This document shows, piece after piece, positions 18,730-27,294 of a DNA stretch of 64,000 bases (its first letter is position 1; the number at the start of each line of letters is the position of its first letter). The DNA is from a virus (Duplodnaviria; Caudoviricetes). The translations under genes were made by a program, and so were the position numbers. The notes beneath the pieces were generated by a model. The model worked only from the letters and a program-made list of their open reading frames with translations. It searched no databases and had not been told where the DNA came from. The stretch is from IMG/VR virus record IMGVR_UViG_3300002220_000189, positions 32,001 through 96,000 of that record. One strand, written 5' to 3'.

Positions 18730-19197
18730 ATGGAAATGCAGAATAATATAAATTATCGTGTACTACTTACGACATCTGGCATAGGTTCAAGATTAGGAAC
18801 TGCTACCAAATATACGAATAAATCCCTTGTAACTGTTGGTGATAGAGCGGCTATCTCACAAATCATAGAATCTTATCCAGATGATATTGAAATTGTTATT
18901 ACTGTTGGATATTTTGGTGATCATGTGCGTGACTATGTTTCACTTGCATATCCTAATACTGTATTAGATATATGGGAGGAATTATTGACTGAAGAAAACT
19001 TAATTTATATTGAAGTTCCTACATATGATAGTATTGATATGAAACAAAGTTATTGGTTGGTTTATGAACATATGTCATATTTTAGTAAGTATTCGTTTCT
19101 TAAACTGATGAATGCAAAATTTAGAGAAGTCGAGTATGGTATACATAAAGATAATAATATATACTATATTGGTAGAAAAAGGAATAAAAAGATATGA
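18730..19197 (+). pseudogene. Probable deletion chimera: nucleotidyltransferase N-terminus joined to a methyltransferase-like C-terminus
   Basis: TTSGIGSRL...NKSLV...TVGY (first 76 aa), then LIYIEVP...EHMSYFS; both halves too short to be intact. Confidence 0.6.
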
Positions 19198-19211
19198 AAA
19201 TTAATGATTTT

Positions 19212-19219
19212 TATAAATA
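19212..19219 (+). promoter_or_regulatory. T4-type late promoter upstream of neuB
   Basis: Intergenic TATAAATA. Confidence 0.6.
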
Positions 19220-19255
19220 ATAACATCTAACAGTTATGATATTTAGGAGATACTC

Positions 19256-20089
19256 ATGAATAAGATTGAAATTATATGTGAAATTGGCATTAATGCAAAT
19301 GGAGATATTGAAATAGCAAAGAAACTTATTGATATTGCAGTATCAAACAATATTGATTATGTAAAATTTCAAAAAAGAGATATTGAAACATGCTATTCTA
19401 AAGAAGAATTGGATAAACCACGCGAATCACCTTGGGGTACAACAACAAGAGAACAAAAACAGGGATTAGAATTTTCACAAGACGATTATGATGAAATAGA
19501 TTGGTATTGTAATAAAAATAATATAAAATGGTTTACTTCAGTATGGGATATTCCTTCAGTAGATTTTATGTGTGATTATTGTATACCATATATTAAAATT
19601 CCATCGGCAATGATAACACATAAAGAACTTCTTAAATATATTAGTGAGAAAAATTTTCCTGTAATAATGTCAACAGGGATGAGTACAAAAAAAGAAGTTG
19701 ATGTTGCTCTTAATATTCTTGGTAAAAAAGTAGAAATCTTGTTACATACAACTTCCATATATCCTGCTAAACTCAATGAAATAAATCTTAAAAAGATTGT
19801 TACATTAAAAAAAGAATATGGTAAAAAATATAAAATCGGATACTCTAATCATTCACCTTCTGTTATGGCTGTAATGATAGCAGCTGGATTAGGAGCTGAA
19901 GTAATAGAATTTCATATAACATTAGATCGTTCTATGTATGGAACAGATCAGTCGGCAGCTATTGAAAAAAGAGGTGTTGAAATGATTTCTGATTGGTTAA
20001 AAGATTTTCCTGAAGCAATGGGTGATGGAAAATGGAAAATATTTGATAAAGAATTAGAAGTGATGAAAAAATTAAGAAAATATTCTTGA
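19256..20089 (+). CDS. neuB: N-acetylneuraminate (nonulosonate) synthase family, no C-terminal AFP/SAF domain
   Basis: EIGINANGD, VKFQKR, KIPSA, STGMS, HTTSIYP, GYSNH, EFHITLDR, GTDQ. Confidence 0.92.
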   Translation: MNKIEIICEIGINANGDIEIAKKLIDIAVSNNIDYVKFQKRDIETCYSKEELDKPRESPWGTTTREQKQGLEFSQDDYDEIDWYCNKNNIKWFTSVWDIPSVDFMCDYCIPYIKIPSAMITHKELLKYISEKNFPVIMSTGMSTKKEVDVALNILGKKVEILLHTTSIYPAKLNEINLKKIVTLKKEYGKKYKIGYSNHSPSVMAVMIAAGLGAEVIEFHITLDRSMYGTDQSAAIEKRGVEMISDWLKDFPEAMGDGKWKIFDKELEVMKKLRKYS

Positions 20090-20114
20090 CATTTTATTAT
20101 AAATAGTGTATAAT
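20086..20114 (+). promoter_or_regulatory. Consensus sigma70 promoter with a late promoter (20098-20105) nested in its spacer
   Basis: TTGACA-17 bp-TATAAT; spacer contains TATAAATA. Confidence 0.85.
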
Positions 20115-20135
20115 ATTATAAAAATTAGGAGAACT

Positions 20136-20300
20136 ATGATGTTTGAAGATTTATTTGACAATATATTGAAAGATAATGAAATAGATAAAGAAAGAAGTGG
20201 ATTTGAAGATGAATATTGGGATACTTGTGTAGGTGACAGTACATGGACTATATTTGATACACCAATAAAAGATCAAATTTGGTCTACTTTTACGAAATAG
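20136..20300 (+). CDS. Small acidic protein (MMFEDLF...)
   Basis: AGGAGA RBS before ATG 20136/20139, directly downstream of the dual promoter. Confidence 0.65.
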   Translation: MMFEDLFDNILKDNEIDKERSGFEDEYWDTCVGDSTWTIFDTPIKDQIWSTFTK

Positions 20301-20952
20301 ATAAAAATGGATGAATATATCGCTCATAGATAAGTTTCTTTGTTGTTATAAACTCATCCATTTTTCCTGCTGAAATATCATCCTTTGTACTCATAGCAAT
20401 AAAGCTTGTATCATAACATATACTGCCTATATAACCATGATTGTACATTTTTAACCACATTGCCCAATCTGAGAGTCTGTGAATATCTTCCTCCATCACA
20501 AATCCTCCAACATCTTCAATTGCCTTAATCCTATAAAGACTGTTAGAAGAAATATAATTATTTACTCTCAATTTATTTATATCATATTTCATTGGTGGGA
20601 ATGAAACATTAATAAATCCTTTATATGCAAAGGAACAATAAGAAAATCCAACATTTTCAGGCTGTTTTATAAGATGATTATACAATCTATCTAACATTTT
20701 TCTACCACATATAATATCTCTATCTAACACTTGAATATATTCTGGTAGTTTTCCAAATTGTGATTTATATTCATCTAAGCCTGCTTGAACATTAGCAGCA
20801 TGTTTTCTATTACTAGAAAATGAAATCCACTTATATTTTATTTTATTACTTTTGATTGATAATTTTGTTTCATGTGATATTTGATGTTCTGGAAGTAATG
20901 GCGAGATGATTAAAATAAGCGGATCAATACAATCTTTTATAATGCTAATCAT
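20290..20952 (-). CDS. Glycosyltransferase family 2-like protein
   Basis: LDRD DxD motif, NNYISSNSLY, VGGF, SDWAMW. Confidence 0.75.
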   Translation of the reverse strand: MISIIKDCIDPLILIISPLLPEHQISHETKLSIKSNKIKYKWISFSSNRKHAANVQAGLDEYKSQFGKLPEYIQVLDRDIICGRKMLDRLYNHLIKQPENVGFSYCSFAYKGFINVSFPPMKYDINKLRVNNYISSNSLYRIKAIEDVGGFVMEEDIHRLSDWAMWLKMYNHGYIGSICYDTSFIAMSTKDDISAGKMDEFITTKKLIYERYIHPFLSIS

Positions 20953-21247
20953 CTAACAAATTCACCACTTCTCTTTCAAGATTAGGAGCATCTGGTATAC
21001 TTACTTGTTCATCATATCCTATAAAATCAGCTGAAAATCTGTTTTTTTCAAAATTCAAATTAGATATTTTAAATTTTTTACCATCTAAATTAAGTATAGT
21101 ACTTATTTGTGGTAACTCATTTCCAGTTGCTGTAATTCTAAATTGAGATTCATTTACATATATAACTTTATATTTATTCTCTATTATTGATCCTATTGAT
21201 GGTAAAATAATTTTAGATATTTGCTTTTTAGAAATAAAATTTTTCAT
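20945..21247 (-). CDS. Hypothetical protein
   Basis: ORF coupled to both neighbours. Confidence 0.55.
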   Translation of the reverse strand: MKNFISKKQISKIILPSIGSIIENKYKVIYVNESQFRITATGNELPQISTILNLDGKKFKISNLNFEKNRFSADFIGYDEQVSIPDAPNLEREVVNLLDD

Positions 21248-21546
21248 TATAAGGGCGCCTTTTCTAAATATTTTCTTAGTTCATTTTCGAGTTTTTCCGA
21301 TTTTTTTAGTAATATTCTAAGATACGCACCGAAACCATTATCAGATATGGTCATCATTTCAGTACCCATTTTTATAATTTCTAGTGCTATCAAAGCATCA
21401 GCCAATTCTGATAATCTCATATATTCTTTAGTAATATTTTGTTCTTCAATATCTTTCAATGTTATACTTATTGAAGGTTTTATAGAAGAATAATTGCCTG
21501 TTGCAATTGTTAAGCTTCTACCTATTACGATGTCCATCTTACACAT
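21247..21546 (-). CDS. Hypothetical protein
   Basis: AAGGAG RBS lies within the end of the upstream endonuclease gene; RSLTIATGNYSSIK. Confidence 0.6.
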   Translation of the reverse strand: MCKMDIVIGRSLTIATGNYSSIKPSISITLKDIEEQNITKEYMRLSELADALIALEIIKMGTEMMTISDNGFGAYLRILLKKSEKLENELRKYLEKAPL

Positions 21547-22459
21547 TATATTTTCTCCTTTTCCACCACCATTGTATTGTTGTTTGAGGTATTTTCATTA
21601 TTTTAGAAATATCTTTGAACATTATTCCTTTTTTTCTGTATTGTATTGAGTCTATTTGTTGTTTATTTGTATATTGTGATATTTTTATGTCTTTACACCA
21701 ATGTCTCATATTTCGTATATCATTGATGTTCATTATTTTGGATATTTCTTTAAAAGACATTCCTGTTCTTCTATAATTTTTAACCTTTTCTACTATTTCA
21801 TTAGAATATTTTTTACTTAAATGTTTAATTTTTATATCTTTACACCAATCATTCATTGTACCAGTATTTATATTCATTATATCTGAAATTTTTTCAAATG
21901 TCAACCCATTTTTTCGATATTCTCTAACTTTTTCTATTTGACTATCTGTATATTTTCTTACTTTTTCACGCCATTTTTTAATTGTTTCATCAGATGGATG
22001 TTTTCCATATCGGTGATTGTTTTTACCCAACATTTTTTTACTTAATTCTTTTTTATTTCTCTCTGCACCTTCTATACCTCTAATTTCATCCCATGTTTTA
22101 CCTTTTTTGGCATTACACATTTTTAATTTTGTTTCTTCTGAATGATAATAACCTCGGTTTCCGAGACATTTTTTTAGTCTATTATATCCACCTTCAGTAT
22201 AATGTGTGTGATGTAATACAATCATTTCCTCTTCTGTTTTGTTGAGATCTTTATATGGCACATTCTTATAAAGGATTTCCCATGTAAAGTTATCAAAACC
22301 AAAATCACGAATGGCTTGATGAAATAACATACATCTAGTTTTTGATTGACTTTTGTGTTCTTTTTTTCTTTTTTTCATTGGATAAGTTGTCTGGCCTATA
22401 TACCCACAGCCATTGACTTTATTGGTTGCTTTATAAATTATTCCAAAATGTTTGTTCAT
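21539..22459 (-). CDS. Free-standing GIY-YIG homing endonuclease with NUMOD3 and three HTH repeats
   Basis: GIIYKATN...YIGQT, GGYN, HSEETKLKM, 3x YRxxGxxFxxISxIMxI. Confidence 0.9.
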   Translation of the reverse strand: MNKHFGIIYKATNKVNGCGYIGQTTYPMKKRKKEHKSQSKTRCMLFHQAIRDFGFDNFTWEILYKNVPYKDLNKTEEEMIVLHHTHYTEGGYNRLKKCLGNRGYYHSEETKLKMCNAKKGKTWDEIRGIEGAERNKKELSKKMLGKNNHRYGKHPSDETIKKWREKVRKYTDSQIEKVREYRKNGLTFEKISDIMNINTGTMNDWCKDIKIKHLSKKYSNEIVEKVKNYRRTGMSFKEISKIMNINDIRNMRHWCKDIKISQYTNKQQIDSIQYRKKGIMFKDISKIMKIPQTTIQWWWKRRKYNV

Positions 22460-22470
22460 TTTGTAATTCC

Positions 22471-22497
22471 TATAAATATGTTCTATATCTATTTATA
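22471..22497 (-). promoter_or_regulatory. Late promoter (22490-22497) forming one arm of a hairpin next to the endonuclease RBS
   Basis: Minus strand TATAAATA-GATATAGAACA-TATTTATA-GGA...ATG. Confidence 0.65.
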
Positions 22498-22506
22498 AAA
22501 ATTATA

Positions 22507-22572
22507 TTATTTATGACAATTTTTATTAATAGTGATATCTCTACTAAGAGATATATCCATTTTATTCGACAT
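22507..22572 (-). pseudogene. Orphaned 5' end of the 21247-21546 gene
   Basis: AAAGGA RBS + MSNKMDISLSRDITIN... versus MCKMDIVIGRSLTIA. Confidence 0.55.
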
Positions 22573-22619
22573 ATTGAATCCTTTCTTTACATAATTTTAA
22601 TTAGTATATCATAAATCAA

Positions 22620-23072
22620 TTATTTTGTAAATCTTAAAATAACTGTTCCTGTTTGTTTATGATATTCTAATTTATAACCATCTTTTAGTTTTCTGTATAT
22701 AGGAACTATCGGTGTTTTAGTAATTTGTAATGTCCCATGTTCTTCAAAAGGTAACTTAGGTTCACAATTTGATTCTTGAACAGGTTCTGGATCATATGTT
22801 GTATATTCCGGTTCATATTGTGTATCAAATACTTTTCCAGAATCATCAGGTTCTTCTTTAGGTCGATTATTATAACCGCTAGTACCACTTTTACCACTTT
22901 TACCACTTTTACCACTAGTTGGGACACTTTTACCACTAGTACAACCAGTTGGAATACAAGTTGAACCATCAGTCTTTTTTTCTTTTTCTTTTTCTTTAAA
23001 ATCTAATGTTGTTTGCCCAAATGGTTTTTTATTACAATTTTCTTTTTTTTCATATATTAAATCATCAAACAT
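22620..23072 (-). CDS. Hypothetical protein with MFDDLIY start and SGK repeats
   Basis: AGGAG RBS; 9-bp ACCACTTTT repeats at ~22885-22938. Confidence 0.65.
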   Translation of the reverse strand: MFDDLIYEKKENCNKKPFGQTTLDFKEKEKEKKTDGSTCIPTGCTSGKSVPTSGKSGKSGKSGTSGYNNRPKEEPDDSGKVFDTQYEPEYTTYDPEPVQESNCEPKLPFEEHGTLQITKTPIVPIYRKLKDGYKLEYHKQTGTVILRFTK

Positions 23073-23195
23073 TTTTTCTCCTGTTTTATAATTATTTACT
23101 TTTCATTAATAAATTATAAACCTTTAATAGTACTTTTTCATTAAAAATTTGTAATTTAGTATTTAAACCTTCGAGTAACTTCAATTTTTCAATAA

Positions 23196-23378
23196 TTACA
23201 ATACGTTCTTTTTTATGATTTCTAAAACTTCCTTATCATTAAAAATTTCTATATCAATATTTTTAATTTTATCATCCATTTCATTAATAGAAATATTGAT
23301 TGAAAATAATTCATTTTGTAGTTCTTCTACTTTTAAATCAAAATCTTTATATTCATTATATATTAAATCATCAAACAT
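23196..23378 (-). CDS. Small acidic coiled-coil protein with MFDDLIY start
   Basis: GAGGAAGG RBS; first 21 nt identical to the 22620-23072 gene. Confidence 0.6.
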   Translation of the reverse strand: MFDDLIYNEYKDFDLKVEELQNELFSINISINEMDDKIKNIDIEIFNDKEVLEIIKKNVL

Positions 23379-23551
23379 TTTTCCTTCCTCGTTTTATATT
23401 CATTTATAGTTTCACATTTACAACATTTTATATTATACAGAATCGCTAAACCACATTTTTTACAATATGTAAAATTACAACCCCAACAAGGTTCACCATT
23501 ATCTAAAAAACCCATATTTTCACCACAAATTAAACAACCTAATTCATTCAT
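23363..23551 (-). CDS. Small Cys-rich zinc-ribbon protein
   Basis: Four CxxC pairs. Confidence 0.55.
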   Translation of the reverse strand: MNELGCLICGENMGFLDNGEPCWGCNFTYCKKCGLAILYNIKCCKCETINEYKTRKEKCLMI

Positions 23552-23723
23552 CTTTAACTCTTTTCAACGGTGAAATTAATTCTTTTGATAATACATCACA
23601 AATTCTTCTTTGTATTTCATTAATTTCCCAAAATTGTTCACATGTTATTTCTAATTGTAATGAATATATGTTTTCCCATGCACTACCAGTAGCTTTTATA
23701 ACAGTAAATTTTTTAATATTCAT
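23544..23723 (-). CDS. Hypothetical protein
   Basis: AAGGA RBS before ATG 23723 (MNIKKFTVIK...). Confidence 0.5.
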   Translation of the reverse strand: MNIKKFTVIKATGSAWENIYSLQLEITCEQFWEINEIQRRICDVLSKELISPLKRVKDE

Positions 23724-24582
23724 TATATTTATCCTTTTCTTTGTTTTCTTTTTTAGGTGCATCATTATAAAATGTGTTAGTCGCAGTAAAAATTTTAAAT
23801 GATCCATCAATATCTTGCTGTATATTTTTTCTATTATCCATATATGTTTTCACAGAAGTTGAGTGAGAATTCATAGCACTATCTAATGAATTAGTAGCTG
23901 TCATACCAGAATTTGTATAACCTAAAACTTGACTATTTCCCGATGTTCCTGAAACTCCAGATCTTCCTGAAACTCCATTTAATGGTGATGCGCCAACATA
24001 TCCTATATTAGCATTTTGTTGTGCAAAATACATTGTATTAGTACCTGCAATACCCAAATCTTTAGATACTTCATCAACATCAAAATTAGATCCAATAAAT
24101 GAAAATGTCCATCTGTTTGTTTCTTTCATTTTATTCATCAATTCTACTATCTTTTTTCCATTATATTCTTTAGAACTATTCTCACATCCATCTGTAATAA
24201 TAACAACTAAATATGAAGTCTTTATATCATCAGCATCTTCATCCATATTTAATTTATTAATAGTGGTACCAATAGCATCATATAATGCAGTTAAACCTCC
24301 TAATTTATAATCATCATCTTTCATATCTCTTACATTATTGATATCTTTTTTCCAAAAAATAGGTTTATCAACTACTGTTTCAAATGTCACTAATGATACT
24401 GTAGTTTTCATAGTACTAGATATTTCTTTTAAATCTTTTAACTGTCTATTAAATGCTCCGGGAACTTCAATTTGTAAAGTACTCATTGAACCAGATCTAT
24501 CTATAATCATTACTATATGATTAATTAAATCAGATTCTTTTACCTTTTCATTTACTTTTATAATTAAATCTTCAAAACTCAT
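23713..24582 (-). CDS. vWA-domain protein
   Basis: IIDRSGSM MIDAS, GLTALYDAIG, IITDGCENSS, WTFSFIG. Confidence 0.9.
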   Translation of the reverse strand: MSFEDLIIKVNEKVKESDLINHIVMIIDRSGSMSTLQIEVPGAFNRQLKDLKEISSTMKTTVSLVTFETVVDKPIFWKKDINNVRDMKDDDYKLGGLTALYDAIGTTINKLNMDEDADDIKTSYLVVIITDGCENSSKEYNGKKIVELMNKMKETNRWTFSFIGSNFDVDEVSKDLGIAGTNTMYFAQQNANIGYVGASPLNGVSGRSGVSGTSGNSQVLGYTNSGMTATNSLDSAMNSHSTSVKTYMDNRKNIQQDIDGSFKIFTATNTFYNDAPKKENKEKDKYNEY

Positions 24583-24766
24583 TTACATCATCCCTCCTTA
24601 TACACTTATCCCCATAAAGTTCAATCGCTGCTTCATAGGATTTTTTCTTCTCATCATCTAAAATTTCGGCAAATACTTCTGCCAATTCGGGTATCATAAC
24701 TAATTTTTCGGTAGTTGGTTTACACCATGCTTGTGCAGCTCTTTGTAAAGAATATTCTGTTGGCAT
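24572..24766 (-). CDS. Hypothetical phage protein
   Basis: RAAQAWC...ELAEVFAEIL; coupled to neighbours. Confidence 0.6.
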   Translation of the reverse strand: MPTEYSLQRAAQAWCKPTTEKLVMIPELAEVFAEILDDEKKKSYEAAIELYGDKCIRRDDVNEF

Positions 24767-25671
24767 TATAATTCCCCCTTTATTATTTGTGCTGTATATT
24801 CTACATTCATTTCAGGATAAAACATCTCAATTTCTTGATATATATTATATATAAGACCTAAATATACATCATTATAATTCATCCCAATATACCAACTTAA
24901 ATCTTCTGGACTTATTATAATTCCTTTTAAACTAGCATAATATCTATGTTCAATAGGTAATAATGGAATACATCCTTTATTTAATGCGGTAAAAAATGTT
25001 GGATCAATATATCCGTCCTTATATTCAGGATTAGAACCTATTATAATAGTAAATCTTGCACTATCATAATCATCTTCTGTAGCATTGACTGAAAATGATT
25101 TATATTCATTAATTTTATTTGATATAATATTTTTACTATTATAACATATCAAATTTTTATGATATATTTTAGCGGATTCTACATAATAATTATCAAATGC
25201 TTTTATTCTATCTGATAATAACCTACCTTTATATAATAGAGTAATTTTTCTTTCATGATCATCAATTTCTATTTCTGAAAGAGTTTTTATTTTAGTCCAT
25301 AATGGTAAATAACGAAAACCAGATCTTAAATGAATAGATGGTTCAAAAAGTTTTACATTCATTTTTTTAAACCAATCAACTTCTTTGTTAGTTAATCCTC
25401 TAAATTTATCAAATATTATTGTCGGTATTTTCTTTTTAGTAGTATATTTTTCAATAATATCTACTTGTTTTAATAATTTATTAGCACTATTTTTATCATA
25501 TGTAGGTATCCAATCAATAAAAATGGCTTTAATATTACTATCAAAGCCATCTTCTATTTCAGTTACTTTTATAGATTTTGCTAATTCTCTGGATAACACA
25601 TAGTCAACATTGAACAATCCTAACATACTTAAAATCCTGAGAAAAGTATTTCTTCTATAGTTGTTCTCCAA
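24766..25671 (-). CDS. Putative GT-B glycosyltransferase-like protein (likely start near 25626)
   Basis: C-terminal half LLYKGR...FTIIIG...YKDGYI...FFTAL..GCIPLL resembles a GT-B nucleotide-sugar-binding domain. Confidence 0.45.
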   Translation of the reverse strand: MENNYRRNTFLRILSMLGLFNVDYVLSRELAKSIKVTEIEDGFDSNIKAIFIDWIPTYDKNSANKLLKQVDIIEKYTTKKKIPTIIFDKFRGLTNKEVDWFKKMNVKLFEPSIHLRSGFRYLPLWTKIKTLSEIEIDDHERKITLLYKGRLLSDRIKAFDNYYVESAKIYHKNLICYNSKNIISNKINEYKSFSVNATEDDYDSARFTIIIGSNPEYKDGYIDPTFFTALNKGCIPLLPIEHRYYASLKGIIISPEDLSWYIGMNYNDVYLGLIYNIYQEIEMFYPEMNVEYTAQIIKGEL

Positions 25672-26990
25672 CCATTTTTATTTTCTACTTCATATTGCTG
25701 TATCCATTCAATAACAGCGTCTGAAAATCCATGAACACGAATCCAGTCTCTATCATATCCTATTCCATATTGATATGATGCAACATTTACCATATATGCA
25801 TTATTTATAGGTTGATAAAATGAAATATCTGTTTGTGATTGTTCATCAGTAAAAACTATTAATCTATCATAATCAGTAACATTATTTTGTAGATATTTCA
25901 TAGCTTTACCCATATCTGTTCCATTATGTTTTTGTGAATTTTTAATTTCATCACCTAAAGTAAATCCTCTTGCCGGTTCAATTCTTACAATATTGTCGGA
26001 AAATGAATAAATATCTACATCATCACAAATTTCACGAAGAAGAATTGCTAAACCATTAGCAACATCAATTCTATTCGTTTGTTCTTTTTGTAAATATTTT
26101 GTTCCCCAAAGATCACCCTCATAACCTAAAGGCCAGTCCATAGAACCAGAAACATCTACAACAAGAATAGTTTTACCATATAATTTTTGTTGACTAGAAA
26201 GACATTTCATCATGGCATTTTCTAATTCTTTTGAATATTCTTTTGCATATTTTTCAGCTGTTATGAATCTATATGGTAAAATCCTTTCAATTTTTATTTC
26301 ATTTAACGCTTGTTTAATAATTTCTGGCATAACACCGTCCCTCTGAAAATTACGTAAATTTCTAAGAACGGCAAGTGCGCCCATTTTATTATGTGTTAAT
26401 AAATCTTCCCATGATTGTTTTTTATCTGCACCCGAAGAAAGTCTTACTTCCCAAGTATCAGGAGATTCTAATGTTTTATTTGCCAATTTAGAAAATATTA
26501 CTGCCTGTTCAGTATCTTTAGGTTTAGGATGTGTTAGAAACATAATATCTCTAAGATCAATTTTACTATTATTATTCCATTTAGATAATTGATAAGCATC
26601 AAATTTGTTGAAAGCTAATGCTAATCCTTTTTTTACTTGAGCAGACAAAGGTTTTTTACCATCTTCCCAATATAAGTTAAGAAATTTCACCATTTCATCT
26701 GGTCTTTGTATAACTCTTGAAAGAACCTTACTTACAAGATTTGTACCTCTTTGTGTTGATGCTAGTTGTTTAACAAGGAGTAAAGGAACACTTCTTAATT
26801 TGAATTTTTCACGAGCTTCTATAGCAAGAGATGCTACTATTTTAGCATCTACTTCATTACATAAATCTTCAATTCTTTCTTTGATTGATGAACCACTTTC
26901 ATAGAAAGTATCTTCCCATAACATACAAGAAAGAACTGACCTTCTAAGTAATTGTTCAGAGGAAATTTTATGATTTTGTAGCATTTTCAC
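25629..26990 (-). CDS. Ro60/Rsr-like TROVE-domain RNA-binding protein with C-terminal vWA
   Basis: LRSVP, IQRPDE, AFNKFDAYQLSKW, LTHPKP, TWEVRLS, ALAVLRNLRN, LPYRF, VDVSGSM, GTD, FTDEQ. Probable start at ATG 26984. Confidence 0.93.
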   Translation of the reverse strand: MKMLQNHKISSEQLLRRSVLSCMLWEDTFYESGSSIKERIEDLCNEVDAKIVASLAIEAREKFKLRSVPLLLVKQLASTQRGTNLVSKVLSRVIQRPDEMVKFLNLYWEDGKKPLSAQVKKGLALAFNKFDAYQLSKWNNNSKIDLRDIMFLTHPKPKDTEQAVIFSKLANKTLESPDTWEVRLSSGADKKQSWEDLLTHNKMGALAVLRNLRNFQRDGVMPEIIKQALNEIKIERILPYRFITAEKYAKEYSKELENAMMKCLSSQQKLYGKTILVVDVSGSMDWPLGYEGDLWGTKYLQKEQTNRIDVANGLAILLREICDDVDIYSFSDNIVRIEPARGFTLGDEIKNSQKHNGTDMGKAMKYLQNNVTDYDRLIVFTDEQSQTDISFYQPINNAYMVNVASYQYGIGYDRDWIRVHGFSDAVIEWIQQYEVENKNGWRTTIEEILFSGF

Positions 26991-27007
26991 ACTCCTTTTA
27001 TTTTTTA

Positions 27008-27089
27008 ATAGGGAACAGTCTAATAGAATCGTATCAAAGATTTGACAATCTTTTTCCTGGTCGATGTATTTCTATTATATCACCACTAT
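27008..27089 (-). ncRNA. Structured RNA unit 3 (candidate Y-like RNA)
   Basis: Terminal stem AUAG-U-GG-U-GA/UUCCCUAU, inner stem UAAUAGAA/UUCUAUUA, motif UACAUCG. Confidence 0.65.
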
Positions 27090-27105
27090 AATTAACATAT
27101 TGTTC

Positions 27106-27171
27106 ATAAGAGGGAATAAGTAATAAGAATATTTTATCTACCGATGTAATTCTTATTTTCACCACTCTTAT
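27106..27171 (-). ncRNA. Structured RNA unit 2 (candidate Y-like RNA)
   Basis: Terminal stem AUAAGAG-U-GG-U-GA/UUCCCUCUUAU, inner stem AAUAAGAAU/AUUCUUAUU, motif UACAUCG. Confidence 0.68.
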
Positions 27172-27186
27172 TGTAAATTATATAAA

Positions 27187-27289
27187 TGATGGGGTTCGAT
27201 CAAGGAGGCTCTAATTTAATACGCTTTTAATCTTTGTGTTACCAAAAAACTTTTCATATACGAAGAAATCCTTCTTTACGCCACCATCA
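27187..27289 (-). ncRNA. Structured RNA unit 1 (candidate Y-like RNA)
   Basis: Terminal stem UGAUGG-U-GG/CCCCAUCA, inner stem AAGAAGG/CCUCCUU, motif UUCUUCG; 5' end coincides with the predicted TSS. Confidence 0.62.
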
Positions 27290-27294
27290 ATAAG

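Noticed and set aside
27008-27289. CRISPR array or tRNA genes
   Set aside because: Units are conserved in structure, not as identical direct repeats; no cas genes. GGGGTTCGAT at 27191-27200 has no cloverleaf context and is on the strand opposite the promoter.
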